The notes under the pieces are model-generated. The model was not told the origin of the DNA and did not search any database. It worked only from the letters and a program-made list of their open reading frames with translations. A program made the translations under genes and the position numbers. A DNA stretch of 64,000 nt from Salpingoeca rosetta (Eukaryota; Protista; Choanoflagellata): positions 980,996 to 1,044,995 of the forward strand of contig JAWQFM010000018.1 of the NCBI GenBank assembly GCA_033442325.1. The letters are read 5' to 3'. Positions 13,046-31,254 of the stretch are shown here, one piece after another. Each line of letters opens with the position of its first letter. The stretch's first letter is position 1.

Positions 13046-13780
13046 ATGCTGACAAGGATGATGGTGAGGGGCGCTGGTGCGCGCCGCAGTGTGCTGGTGA
13101 CAGCAGCAGCGCAGACATGGCGACGGAGGTATGGCAGTGGCGTTTCTGATGAAGTGCACCCACTGTCGGAGGGCAACGGAGAGCCCACACCACGCCGTGC
13201 CTTGCTCTATCTCCCTGGACACGATGAACGCAAGGTTTGTGTTTGTGTTTGTGTTTGTGCTTGTGTGTTTGTGTGTGTGTTTGTGTGTGTGTGTGCGTTT
13301 GTGTGTGTGTGTGTGTGCGTTTGTGTTTGTGTTTGTGTTTGCGTTTGTGTTTATGTTTGTGTTTGTGTTTGTGTTTTTTGTTTGTTTGTGTGGGTGTTTG
13401 TGTGTGTGTGTTTGTTTGTGTGTGACGTCGGACGTGCAAACTCGCTTCAATAGGGTCCAAGCAGCAAGGATACGTGCAATGCTCTCTCATGTCCCACGAA
13501 CCTTACTCAACCCTGCAGGCGACCAAGGCTGCAGGTTTGGACGTGGACTGCGTATGCTTGGACCTGGAGGATGCGGTGGCCCTGAACCGCAAAGAGGGTG
13601 CGCGGAAGAGCGTGGTCAACCTGCTGTCCACCCTCGACTTTGGTGAATCGGACGTGGCTGTGCGTATCAACGCCGTCAGCTCCGGTCTTGCCAAGGAAGA
13701 CCTCAAGGCCATCCTGGCCGCGGATACCCTGCCCAACACCATCGTCCTCCCCAAAGTCGACCGGCCGTCCGAACTCGAAT

Positions 13781-13821
<41 letters not shown>

Positions 13822-13848
13822 TGCTTGTGTATGTGTGTGTGTGTTGTG

Positions 13849-13887
<39 letters not shown>

Positions 13888-14495
13888 TTTGTTTGTGTGT
13901 GCGTGCTTGTTTATGTGTGTGTGTGTGTGTTTGGTGGCCACATTGCTTTATTGGTTTGCTCTGTTGTGACATGATGGCTTGTGTGTACCCTCTGCCATTA
14001 GTTCTTCGATACCTCTGACCGGCTGCTGCGGAACCAGCCCCGCGACACGCCTGCCAAAATCAAACTCATCACACAGGTGTTGCGCTGAGCTGCCTGACTG
14101 CCCGTCTGTTTTCTTGCTTCCCTGCCTGCCTACTTGCCAACCCGGTCCACGTGTACACTTTCTTGTGCGCTTGTCTTGGTCTGCAGTCATTTCCATCTTC
14201 ATTCGTTGACTCGCGTCTCTCCTCGTTCATTTGCCTAGGTCGAGTCTGGCATTGGCCTGCTGAACCTCCAGAGCGTGTGCGAGGTGAGTGCAGTCAATGA
14301 GCGACGACGCTGGTGCTGTCATCCAGTGTGCGCACACATGATTATGTGTGCGTGTGTGTATGTGTGTTTTTCCGTCTGTCTGCCTGTCTGCGTGTGCGCG
14401 TGTGTGTTCGTGCGTGTGAATGATACACCCACCTGCAACCTTGCTGTTTCTTCTGCTGTTTGACCATTCGATGTGTGTGTGTGTGCGTGTTTGTG

Positions 14496-14543
<48 letters not shown>

Positions 14544-14772
14544 AGGTTGACCGGGTGGACTTGACGGCCTCCTCGTTTTTCCAACACGAGGGCGTCATCT
14601 TGGGAGGTGACGACTACGCCGCGTCCATCGGTGCGAACACGAGTCGATACGTGCGTGAATGTGGGATAAGGGAGGGGGCCGATGCAGGTGTGGTTGTGCT
14701 GTTGCACGTTGCTTTCAGCCCTGAGCACCCACAGACACATATCGTGTCCCCATACACGCACACACACACACG

Positions 14773-14820
<48 letters not shown>

Positions 14821-16377
14821 AACACACACACGCAAACAACCAAACAACCCACGGACACACTCGTGCAGGGGCAACGCGGTCGCGGTCGAATGTCGAGTTG
14901 CTGTATGCGCGGCAGCAGGTGGTGGCGACGGTGAAGGCGTTTGGGCTGCAGGCCATTGATGTTGTCAACATCCACTTTACAGAACTCGACGCGCTCCGGG
15001 CAGAGGCCGAGGAAGGTTGGTGGTCTTGACGGTGGCGGTGCTGGTGCCGAGGATGGTGTTGTGCTGTTGTGGTTGGTGTTGAAAGAGGAGGAGGAAGAAG
15101 AAGAAGAAGAAGAGGAGGACGAGGAGGAGGAAGAAGAAGAAGAAGAAGAGGAGGACGAGGAGGAGGAAGAAGAAGAAGAAGAGGAGGACGAGGAGGAGGA
15201 AGAAGAAGAAGAAGAGGAGGACGAGGAGGAGGAAGAAGAAGAAGAAGAGGAGGACGAGGAGGAGGAAGAAGAAGAAGAAGAGGAGGAGGAGGACGAGGAA
15301 GAAGAAGAAGAAGAGGAGGAGGAGGACGAGGAGGAGGAGGAGGACGAGGACGAGGACGAGAGAAAATGTTTGCTGTGGCAGCAGTCTTGATTGGTTGGAC
15401 GTGTGTGTCAGACGAGTGTATGTAGTGGCAGGAAGCAGCCTTCCAACAATGATGCCATGCTGACGTGTTGACACAATCATCACAACGGCTGCGTCTGTCG
15501 TTGATTTGCAGGCGCCGCGTGGGGATTTGACGGCAAGCAGGTCATCCACCCAGCACAGGTGCGTATTGTGTATGTGTGTGGTTGTGTGTTGTGTGTGTGT
15601 GAGCGTTGTGTGTTGTGTGCTGTGTGTTGTGCATACGACCACACGCGCATGACACACCTTCTCTCACGCCTTGTCTCTATTCGTCACGCACGTTGATCAC
15701 GATCACCACCACCGCCACCACCACCACCAACACCACCACCACCACCACCACGACCACCACCACGACCATCAGGTTCCTGTTGTGCAGCGCGCGTTCTCGC
15801 CGTCCGAGCAGCAGGTGGAGTGGGCGGTCGCCATCCTCGACGCATTCTACGACAACCAGATCAAGGTAGGCCTGCTGGGGGCGCACGCGCGCGTGTGTAT
15901 GTGCGTGTCTGTGTCTGAGTTCGTGTCTGTCTGTGTCTGTGTCTGTGTCTGTCTGTCTGTCTCTCACTCACACACACACACACACACTCACTCACGCACA
16001 CACACACACACAACACACACACACACTCTCTCTCTCTTTCTGTTGTGTGTGTGTGTGACTGTGATCGGTTTCACTGCACCATTTTCATTCACAACCCACA
16101 TCGCATACACCACATCACTGCAACCTCCCCTCCCACATCGCCTCCTCCATCCACCTCCCCATGCTTCCCTCGTCAGGGCAAAGGCGCGTTCTCGCATGAC
16201 GGGCAGATGATTGACATGCCGACGGTGCTGCAGTGCAAGAACGTGTTCAGGCTGGCGGTTGCGGCCAAGATGGTGCCGGCAGACAGGTTCGACGCAGCCA
16301 TCAGGGAGATGGAGCTTGCAGGCAACAGCGAGGGTGATGGTGGCAGCGAGGGTGACGGTGTTGGGAAGGGCCAATAA
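13046..16377 (+). CDS. CLYBL: Citrate lyase beta-like / citramalyl-CoA lyase, mitochondrial, multi-exon
   Basis: Arg-rich presequence, PRRALLYLPGHDERK, DCVCLDLEDAV, AVRIN, IVLPKV, ILGGDDYAASIG, FGLQAIDVV, GFDGKQVIHPAQV, GQMIDMP. Confidence 0.93.
15082..15361. repeat. Purine-rich (GAG/GAA/GAC) compound tandem repeat in a CLYBL intron
   Basis: ~33-36-nt units GAGGACGAGGAGGAG(GAA)n between the donor at 15017 and the acceptor at ~15511. Confidence 0.9.
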
Positions 16378-16588
16378 AACTCAACAACACAAGGCGGAGA
16401 TGTCTCACATCGTCGCATCTTATCTACATGTCATCACATGTCATCACACACCAAACACAGTCACATCGGTCATCACATGCATAACAGACAGTAGAAACCG
16501 CTTCCACCGCACCATATCCCGCCCCATTCACCACGTGTTTCGACAACCACCTCCCCCCCTCCTTTGCTCCTTTCGCTTCACAACAACA

Positions 16589-17872
16589 ATGATGACACCT
16601 GAACAGCTGACGGCGTACAAGGCGAGGGAGAGGGCGTGCAGGAAGGAGGTGCCAGAGTGTGAGCTGCAGCCCTGCGGAGTGTTGGAAGGCACGCACCTGT
16701 CCTGGTTCCTGCTCGTGCCGGGGATTGCCGTTGTGCGAGGAGCACTGGATGCCGAGACGCAGCGGCAGCTCATCACACGCGCCCTCACACGGTACCCGTA
16801 TGAGTACGTGTCCAACCTGTCCAAGGACTATCGTCTCGTGCACAACCTGTGGGACCTGCACGTCAGCAAGAGTGAGGAGCGCGTGTGGCAGCGCCCACAG
16901 CACCAGCGCGAGACGTTCCTGCGCCACGCACCGCCGTGTCACCTCCATGGCGATGGTGGCACTGGTGGCGATGGGGAGAGCGCAGACGGGACATCCACGC
17001 ATGCGTGTTGTCGCGGCGGCACAGATCACCACAGTGTCGCTGGCTTGGATGATGGCCGCGCAGTGGGCAGCAGCGATGGTGCAGAGCAAGTGGCTGGGTG
17101 TGGCTCAAGAAGCAGCGACGCAGCAGCGCTGGCCAGCCGTGATGCTGAAGCGCAAGGGAGAGGAGGCCCACACGATGCAGCAGCACATGCAGATAACACG
17201 CGCCCTAGCCACTCACCAGACAATCAGCACCCACACACAGCCAGGACAGCAGGGGCACCAGCAAAGACAACGGCAGCAGCAACTCCGAAGACCAAGTGTG
17301 TGGCTGGCCACAAGCTGCTGCCAAAGCTGCGCTCGCTCAACATGGGGTACCGGTTCAACTGGTTCTCGCGAACGTATGACGAAGAGGACTTTGCGCCACT
17401 GCCGGCTCACCTCGACACGCTGTTCCGGCAGCTGTGTGCCTTGACGCGACCAATACACGGCTACGGCACGATGCGCCCCGAGGCCGTAGTCGCCAACTAC
17501 TACAAGCACAACGACCGCATGATGGGCCACGTGGACGACAGCGAGGAGTGTGATACGCCGCTCCTGTCGCTCTCGCTCGGAGCAGACTGCCTCTTCCTGT
17601 GCGGGCCGGAGGCCAAGTGTGCCCGCCTGACGACGGGGGACCTGCTGATTATGTATGGCCCGGCACGGCGCTACCGCCACAGCGTGCCGCGTATCCTGCC
17701 GCTGTCACAGCCGGCGAACAGCATGCTTGACGGCATTGAGGCGGCTGGCGTGGCAGACTACATTCGCGCTGCTGGCATGCGCATCAACATCAACGCACGC
17801 CAGGTGAAGCTTGACACAAGGCAAGGCGGAGAAGATGGAGATGAAGTAGGAGAAGAGGAGGAGGCGGGATGA
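16589..17872 (+). CDS. ALKBH1: AlkB-family 2OG-Fe(II) dioxygenase, ALKBH1-like, intronless
   Basis: PGIAVVRGAL...Q, KLRSLNMGYRFNWFSRTY, PEAVVANYY...MMGHVDDSE (HxD), LLSLSLG, RHSVPRI, RININARQV. Confidence 0.88.
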   Translation: MMTPEQLTAYKARERACRKEVPECELQPCGVLEGTHLSWFLLVPGIAVVRGALDAETQRQLITRALTRYPYEYVSNLSKDYRLVHNLWDLHVSKSEERVWQRPQHQRETFLRHAPPCHLHGDGGTGGDGESADGTSTHACCRGGTDHHSVAGLDDGRAVGSSDGAEQVAGCGSRSSDAAALASRDAEAQGRGGPHDAAAHADNTRPSHSPDNQHPHTARTAGAPAKTTAAATPKTKCVAGHKLLPKLRSLNMGYRFNWFSRTYDEEDFAPLPAHLDTLFRQLCALTRPIHGYGTMRPEAVVANYYKHNDRMMGHVDDSEECDTPLLSLSLGADCLFLCGPEAKCARLTTGDLLIMYGPARRYRHSVPRILPLSQPANSMLDGIEAAGVADYIRAAGMRININARQVKLDTRQGGEDGDEVGEEEEAG

Positions 17873-17947
17873 AGGAAACAGGATGGGGAAGAGCAGCACC
17901 GGCACTACTGAGGGGAGGGAGCACAGCGTGACTTGCCCTCTTGCATA

Positions 17948-18025
<78 letters not shown>

Positions 18026-18276
18026 GAGATACCTCCTCTCCTCACTTGCTTGGTTCACTGGAGGGTTGTTTATGATGGGAGAGACAACACGCACGACGCG
18101 ACAACACGCACGACGCTATAACAGCGCGCGGGTTCGCAATCGCATGGTGCACGCAGTACACAATGGCACCCGCTTAAGACATGCCCATCGAAGAAGAGCA
18201 AGAATGCATCGCCACAAGATGACAGCGTGCATACACTCGTACATGCAATGACTGGCACGTGACGCGGCCGCCTTGC

Positions 18277-19446
18277 TTACAGCTCATCCTTGCTTGCTGC
18301 CGCAGGTTGCGTGCTGCTGCTGCCGTCGCCACCGCTGTGATTGTCTTTGTAGTTCTGCTGCACCTTTGGGAAGGAGCGCGCAGTGTCCTTGTCTGTGAGG
18401 TGGTAGAGTTTGCGCACATATGCAAACACGCCCGGCCTGTCTGCCTCGTGGAAGCGCGAGAGGGCCTCGGACAGTGGCTCCACCAGCTGCAGGAACGCAA
18501 TGGCCCGTCTCCGCCCAGGGAACACCGACAGATATTTGTCGTGCAGCAGGTCAAACTGGTGGAAGTGCATCTGTGTACATGCGTTGAATGCGTTGAGTGA
18601 TATGCTTTGGGTGGTTGATGAAGGGTGAACAAAGGCTTGCGTACAGGCGACACAAGGAAGCACGTCCAACCAAAACATGCAAGCACACACACACAACGCA
18701 TGCGTGCAAGAGCACAGACGTTGTTCTCGTCCCAACGCCCCACATACTCACCACTTTGGAGTACCACGCCTCCACACGCCTGCGTGCATGCTCCAGCTCC
18801 CACGCCTGGTCCGAGTTGTGCTTGTACTCCTCAATAAACACCGCCGCGTAGTCATCTTGGTGCGTGTCGTAGAAGCGCCGTAGTGTCCGAAGACTGCAAA
18901 CACCCAGGGGTCAGTGAATACAGCCAAGGTAGCATGCGTGAGAGTGAGTGTGAATGAGTGAGCACGTGTATCTATCGTTGTGTGCATGTGTGCCAACACA
19001 GCACCACTTGATGCATGCAACTTGACGCGACGCGACGCTCCCTCCACACACTCACATACATAAACACACATGCACACACATAGACACGCACACGCACACA
19101 CACAAACATGCACACAACCACACACACACACACACCTGTCGAGCATTTGCGGGCTGGAGTATTCGGAGAGGATGTCGTTGAAGAGGCTTGCCTCTGAGCC
19201 AGACTTCATCAGAGCGAGCGCATTGTAGAAGTAGACGACGGAGGCCAGCAGCGAGAGCGCGGAGATGATCAGCGACCAGTTCTGGTAGTACATAGCACTG
19301 TGTATCTTTCCCAACAGCGAGTTGGACACACGGGTCGTGGACGAGCCCTGACGCAGCAGCGGTGTCGTGGGTGTTCTGGGTGTCGCGGGGGACGCAGCTG
19401 GCACACCTGCCGCAGTGCCGCTGTTGCTGCTACCGTCAGCAGCCAT
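18277..19446 (-). CDS. Uncharacterised single-pass membrane protein (248 aa) ending in KDEL
   Basis: Exons 19446-19136, 18893-18752 and 18570-18277 join in frame with GT-AG sites. TM segment WSLIISALSLLASVVYFY; C-terminus ...AASKDEL*. Confidence 0.8.
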
Positions 19447-19568
19447 ATTGGTCTACTTTTTGTGGTGTCGTAAAGTGGCACCCAATACGGAAGCGCGCAA
19501 CAAGCGAGCGGTCAACACATCACACGCCAGCACAGCCACTCGCCAACACAGCCAAGATCACCAACCTG

Positions 19569-20777
19569 ATGCGCGTCCTGGTTGGGCCAGTGACGCTGGC
19601 ACTAGCGCTTGCGCTGGCGCTTGCTGTGTTGCTGCTGCCGGCAGTGCCAGTGACAGGTGCAGCGGAGCTGGTGGAGGACGAGGCGGGCTCGCTGCATGTG
19701 AACACAACCGGCCGCGTGTACTTCAACGGCGTGGACGTTGTGGACAAGGCATACAACCTCACGCACAAGCTGCAGGCCCTCACAGACCAGCTGTGCGAAG
19801 GCTGGCCGACCCGAGACATTCACACGCGAGCGATCCCCTTCGACTCCCCCGGTCGTTACCAGTACTCGGGCGGCGTCCTCGCCAGCAACGGCAAGATTTA
19901 CGGCATCGCTGCTTCTGCCAACTCCATCATGATCATCGACCCCGTCACCAACACGCTGGACACGACCACCATCTCCATGGTCTCGGGAACCTGGACTGGC
20001 GGCGTCCTGGGCACCAACGGGAAGATCTACACCATTCCATGGAAGAATGTGCCTGTGCTGGAGATTGACCCGGCCACCAACGAGACGTCCCTCATCCCCG
20101 TGCCGGCTGGCTTGGGCAGCAGCTGCAACTACGTTCGCGGCGCACTGGCACCCAACGGCCTCATCTACGCCGCGCCAACCTGTGCCGCTGGCGTGCTCGT
20201 CATTGACCCGTTCACGGGCACCGCAGATGCCACCTCGCTGTACGTCTCGGAGGACGCTTTCAAGTGGGAGGGCAGCGTCGCCGCCAACAACGGCAAGGTC
20301 TACGGCATCCCGTTCAGCGCCAACTCCGTCCTCACCATCGATCCAGAGACAAACGCCACAGACACCACCACCATGGCGGGCTTGCCTGGCGTCTCAAAGT
20401 GGTACGACGGCGTGCTGGGCCCCAATGGCAAGATCTACGGCATGCCGTGGGGATCGCGCCGGGTGCTTGTCATCGACCCCGACACCAACACCACAGACAT
20501 CACGGCGTTTGCTCCCGTGCCGAGTGGATGGCGGTGGATTGGTGGCGTGGTTGGCCCAGACAACCGCATATACGGCACGCCGGCCACCGCGCCCTCGCTG
20601 CTGGCCATTGATCCAGCGACCAACGCCATCGACTACACCACTTTCACGGGCATCACCCCGCAGGAGGGCTGGCGCGGTGGCGTGTATGTGCCTGCGTTGC
20701 ACCGCATTTACGGCATTCCATATCACGCCACCAGCGTCTATGTCGTCGACCTCACTCTCATCGGCATCTGCACTTGA
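19569..20777 (+). CDS. Secreted seven-repeat beta-propeller-like protein (402 aa), intronless
   Basis: Signal peptide, then 7 repeats of consensus W/Y-x-GGVLxxNGKIYGIP-xxA-xxVLxIDPxT. Confidence 0.88.
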   Translation: MRVLVGPVTLALALALALAVLLLPAVPVTGAAELVEDEAGSLHVNTTGRVYFNGVDVVDKAYNLTHKLQALTDQLCEGWPTRDIHTRAIPFDSPGRYQYSGGVLASNGKIYGIAASANSIMIIDPVTNTLDTTTISMVSGTWTGGVLGTNGKIYTIPWKNVPVLEIDPATNETSLIPVPAGLGSSCNYVRGALAPNGLIYAAPTCAAGVLVIDPFTGTADATSLYVSEDAFKWEGSVAANNGKVYGIPFSANSVLTIDPETNATDTTTMAGLPGVSKWYDGVLGPNGKIYGMPWGSRRVLVIDPDTNTTDITAFAPVPSGWRWIGGVVGPDNRIYGTPATAPSLLAIDPATNAIDYTTFTGITPQEGWRGGVYVPALHRIYGIPYHATSVYVVDLTLIGICT

Positions 20778-20805
20778 GATGGGGGAGGGAGAAGGGAGGG
20801 GAGGG

Positions 20806-20861
<56 letters not shown>

Positions 20862-21313
20862 GTGTATGGGGAGTGCAGTGCATTGATATTTGCGCAATCC
20901 CGTGTCTCGCTCTGGTCCTGTTTATCTTCATCATCACCGTGTTACATCACATTATGTTACCATCGCCATTGGGTCGCACCACGCAGGTGTCAACTTGCAC
21001 ATTCATTGCAAACGCACATGCGTATTGTGTATCGCACGCGCTGTGTTGAATATGAATGAACCAAACGTCCAACACGCAGGAGGAGGGGGAGGGTGTGCTC
21101 GGGTGTTACAGAGAAGAACGCAAACGAGAGAGAGCAAGAGAACATGTCAGAGTAAGAATGCAAGAACTCTCTGGATGAAGAGACATGTCAATGACGCGCA
21201 CAACACTGCACGAAACAACACAACACAACACACACCCAACATCACATGCACGTACCCAACATCACATGCACACACGCAACATCACATACATACACCCAAC
21301 ATCACAACGCATG

Positions 21314-24359
<3,046 letters not shown>

Positions 24360-24479
24360 GGTGTCTGGCAGCAAGTCCTCCTGAACACTGTGCACTGCTG
24401 CTCTGTGTTTGTTTGTGTTTTGGCGCATTCGCGTTCTGCAAACACCACCGACCAATCAAAGGAAGGAACAACAACGAGC

Positions 24480-24755
24480 ATGTGGTTGCGGCGTGTTGCT
24501 CTGGCGTGTGGTGATGGTGGTAGTGTTGGTCGTGTTGGTGGGTTGAGGCTGCGAGGCGCGGTAGCGCGGTTGTCGGTGACAAGCCGCGTTGGCACGAAAG
24601 CGTCCTCTTCCGACGCCGAGCAGAAGAAAGCCTGGAAGGCGGACGCCATCCGCCAGCAGATGGCCCAGCATGCAACAGACACATCTGTGAGCTGCTTGTG
24701 CTTGTGTTTGTGCGTGTGTGTGTGTGTGTGCGTGTTTGTGCGTGTGTTTGTGTGA

Positions 24756-24848
<93 letters not shown>

Positions 24849-25653
24849 TAGCCCGCCGTTGCTTGCTCTGATATACAATATATGCACAAACACACATGCA
24901 CATTCATAAACAAGCACACCCTCACGTTCATGCGCGCGCACACTCACCACACTCACTATCACACACTCACTCGCTGTGTTGCTGCTGATTTCTGCCAGAG
25001 CATGACTGTCGTGCAGGGCAAGCCAGGCGTGTGCGTGCTCGGCAGGCCTGTTGGACCGCTCGCCATGAACCAGTATCTCGTGTTCTGCGAGGTATGACAG
25101 ACAGATGGCAACACGTGCTGTATAGTCCCCCACAAGCGGTGCAATCCATGTCGGGGCGCATCAGGTCATGCCATGTGCCGCATACAGCCTGCAGTTACAA
25201 CCACCCACCGCACTCCACAAGCTACCGCCGCTGCTGCCGCTGCTGTCACTGCTACTGCTGCTGTTGCCGACGTTGGCGTTGATCTCATGTCACACCTCAT
25301 CAACCTTGCGTTGCGGCTGCGCAGGACACGAAGGAAGCTGCCATTGTGGACTCTGGCACGGACACCATGCCAGACTTTCTCGACATCATCAAGAACGAAC
25401 AGTGAGCCGCTCGCACATGTACCGTTGACGCTTCGTGCTTGTGTGTGAGCTTGTGTTTGCCATGCACGTGCCACCCAATGCATCTGCACTTGGCTCACAT
25501 GCTTGTATTTGTTTGTGTCTTGTGTGCGTGTGTGCATATGACCAAACCACACACCGTCAATGCCATATCCAGACTGGACGTCAAGTATTTGTTGCAGACG
25601 CATGCGCATCCCGACCACGTAGCAGGTCTCGCCGTCACCAAGCGCCAGTTCCC

Positions 25654-25689
<36 letters not shown>

Positions 25690-26147
25690 CTGATGTGATG
25701 TGGGATTGTTCGCTGTGCAGACGGCTGTGTAGCCAGCGATCGTCTTGCTTCATGATTTGCGTGTCGTCTCCCTCCTCTCTCACATACACACACACATAAA
25801 CACACACACATTTGCACAACTCTACAGCTGCCAAGGTTGTCATGCACGAGAAGGAGCTTCCTGTTGCAGCTGCGGCCCCACAGTTTGGACAAGTGCGTGC
25901 ATGTGTCTGTGTGTTCGTGCGTGTGCTTTTGCACGTGACTTCTCTGCAGTTCATTCGATACACGCACACAATGTTGCTGCCGTCTTTGCATTCTTCCCCT
26001 TGCTCACCGCTGCCATTGCGCTTGTGTGTTGCCTGCAGGCATTTGGGCTCTCGATCGAGCCTCTGCCTGAGCCAGATTTGCTACTTGATGACAACGCGAC
26101 CATCACCATTGGCAATCTCACATTCCGTGCTTTGCACACACCAGGTT

Positions 26148-26193
<46 letters not shown>

Positions 26194-26580
26194 GTGTGTG
26201 TGTGTGTGTGTGGCTGCCTTTCTGCGTGTCTATCTGTGTGACCATGTGCCTGTGTGAGGGTCCCGCCTGCGCAGCGCTTTGCACCAGTCGCGTGTACACC
26301 CGCTGTCGTCCACGTGCTCATGTGCAACTGTCACCACATCATGCATGTTCGTGCCAACACAGGCCACTGCCCAGGCCATCTGTGCTTCTACGAAGAGGAG
26401 AAAGGAATTCTCTTCAGCGGAGACCTCCTCTTCAAGGGAACAGTCGGCAGGACAGGTGTGTGTGTGTGTGTGTGTGTGCTTGTGGGAAAGGTGGGGAGAA
26501 GGGTACAGAACAAAGGCGTTGAAACGCGTGCCACACTCATTGCACGAGCCCTTCGCCACGCCAACACCTCAGAGCACACA

Positions 26581-26625
<45 letters not shown>

Positions 26626-26969
26626 CCATACACAACCACACACACGCACACACACAACCACACACACCCACACACACAGTCTCTCTCACTCCCTTACCAA
26701 CACATACACACTCACACCTTGCTCCTCTTGCCCCGCCCTCTCCTCCTCCTGCTCCTCAATTTGGCCCCTGTTGGCCAGACTTGCCCGGTTCAGCGCAGGC
26801 GGATATGAAGGCAAGTCTGCAGCGTCTCGTGGAGGTGGTGCGGTCGTCCGATATCGATGAGAGCGATACACACATCTTCCCGGGCCACATGGAGCCAACC
26901 ACCATGCGCTTTGAGCTGCGCGTCAATCCCTTTCTGCAGATGATGAAGCGGGCTGCCAGGAAACAGTAG
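24480..26969 (+). CDS. Metallo-beta-lactamase-fold hydrolase, GloC/YcbL (glyoxalase II-like), with a probable mitochondrial presequence
   Basis: PVGPLAMNQYLV, AAIVDSG, THAHPDHVAG (HxHxDH), HTPGHCPGH, FSGDLLFKGTVGRTDLPG, IFPGHMEPTT...E...NPFL. Confidence 0.9.
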
Positions 26970-27547
26970 CCTGCCAACACATGCAACACATGCAATAGTG
27001 TCCAGCCCACAATGGGCACATCTGTGCTTGCGGTGTGTTTGCATCAGTTTGTTCGTTTGATAATCAAGCAAGATGTAGGCGGTTGTGTTGGCTTGCGAGC
27101 GAATACACGAGTTATTCTAGGCGTGTTCTATTGAGTGGGGCGGAAGCTACAAACCAGCACACAAATGGCATGTTGAGACAGCAGCGTTGTATTGCGTTGT
27201 GTGTGTGTGTGTGCGTGTGGTCGCTGTAGCACGTGGGAGCTAAAGAGTTGTTTAAGGAGGCCGTGACTTCAAAGGCGCATTGCAGAGAAGAAAGATCAGG
27301 GAAGCGCGACGACGGCACAGCGATAGCAGTCATGCATGACGCACAGCGGACACGCAGGTACAAGTTGGGTGTTAATCACTTCAAGCAAAAACGAAGGGTA
27401 CGGAAGACAAGAGAAGTTGCAGGAGCTAGCACCCAGAGTGTGGAAACACTCACGCATTCACGTTGTTGCCGTCGGCCAAGAACGATGAACACCAGACACA
27501 TTGCAAGTCCCACTTGTCCACTTGGGTAACACGCACGTTTTCTCCTC

Positions 27548-27730
27548 TCAGTCGGACTTCTTCAGGTTCATCTTGGGCTTATCTGGGGTGGTGAAGACCT
27601 TGAAGAGCCAGAAGCCGAGGACGAGCACGTGAGCCGCGATCAGCAAAAACGCCACACTGCCCACGGAGCTGTGGTTCACCATCGCCAACCAGCCATCTCC
27701 TCCACCTCCTGTGTCAGTCGTTGTTGTCAT
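27548..27730 (-). CDS. 60-aa single-TM microprotein with C-terminal KKxx
   Basis: MTTTTDTGGGGDGWLAMVNHSSVGSVAFLLIAAHVLVLGFWLFKVFTTPDKPKMNLKKSD*. GC3-rich, non-repetitive, and divergent from NUBPL. Confidence 0.65.
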   Translation of the reverse strand: MTTTTDTGGGGDGWLAMVNHSSVGSVAFLLIAAHVLVLGFWLFKVFTTPDKPKMNLKKSD

Positions 27731-27840
27731 CGTCAAGTTACGGAAAATTAGCAACATCACCCACGAATATGCAGCGAGGTGGCGGACGATGATGAGCGCA
27801 ACTGGCTGTGTGTGCTTGTGTTTGTGCTTTTGTTTGTTTG

Positions 27841-27896
<56 letters not shown>

Positions 27897-27906
27897 TGTG
27901 TGTGTG

Positions 27907-27945
<39 letters not shown>

Positions 27946-27947
27946 GC

Positions 27948-27987
<40 letters not shown>

Positions 27988-28233
27988 GTACGCGCGCGGG
28001 CGTGTGTGTATGTGTGTGCGTGTATGTGTGTGCGTGTATGTGTGCTTTGTTTGTGTGTGTGTGTGCGTGCGTGCGTGCGTGTGTGTGTGTATGCGAGTGG
28101 CGTTTGCTGGCCTTTTGCTGACTCGTTTGCTGGCTCGTTGGCGTTTGTTGGAATACGTTTGTTGACGGATTCGCACACGCGAAGCACCAACTCATCATGT
28201 GGCGCTTCATTTGCAGTCGGCAACCTGACAAGG

Positions 28234-31254
<3,021 letters not shown>

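Noticed and set aside
14941-15390. Poly-Glu ORF (149 aa)
   Set aside because: It is out of frame with CLYBL and lies within an intron whose flanking exons join correctly (EEG|AAWGFDGKQ).
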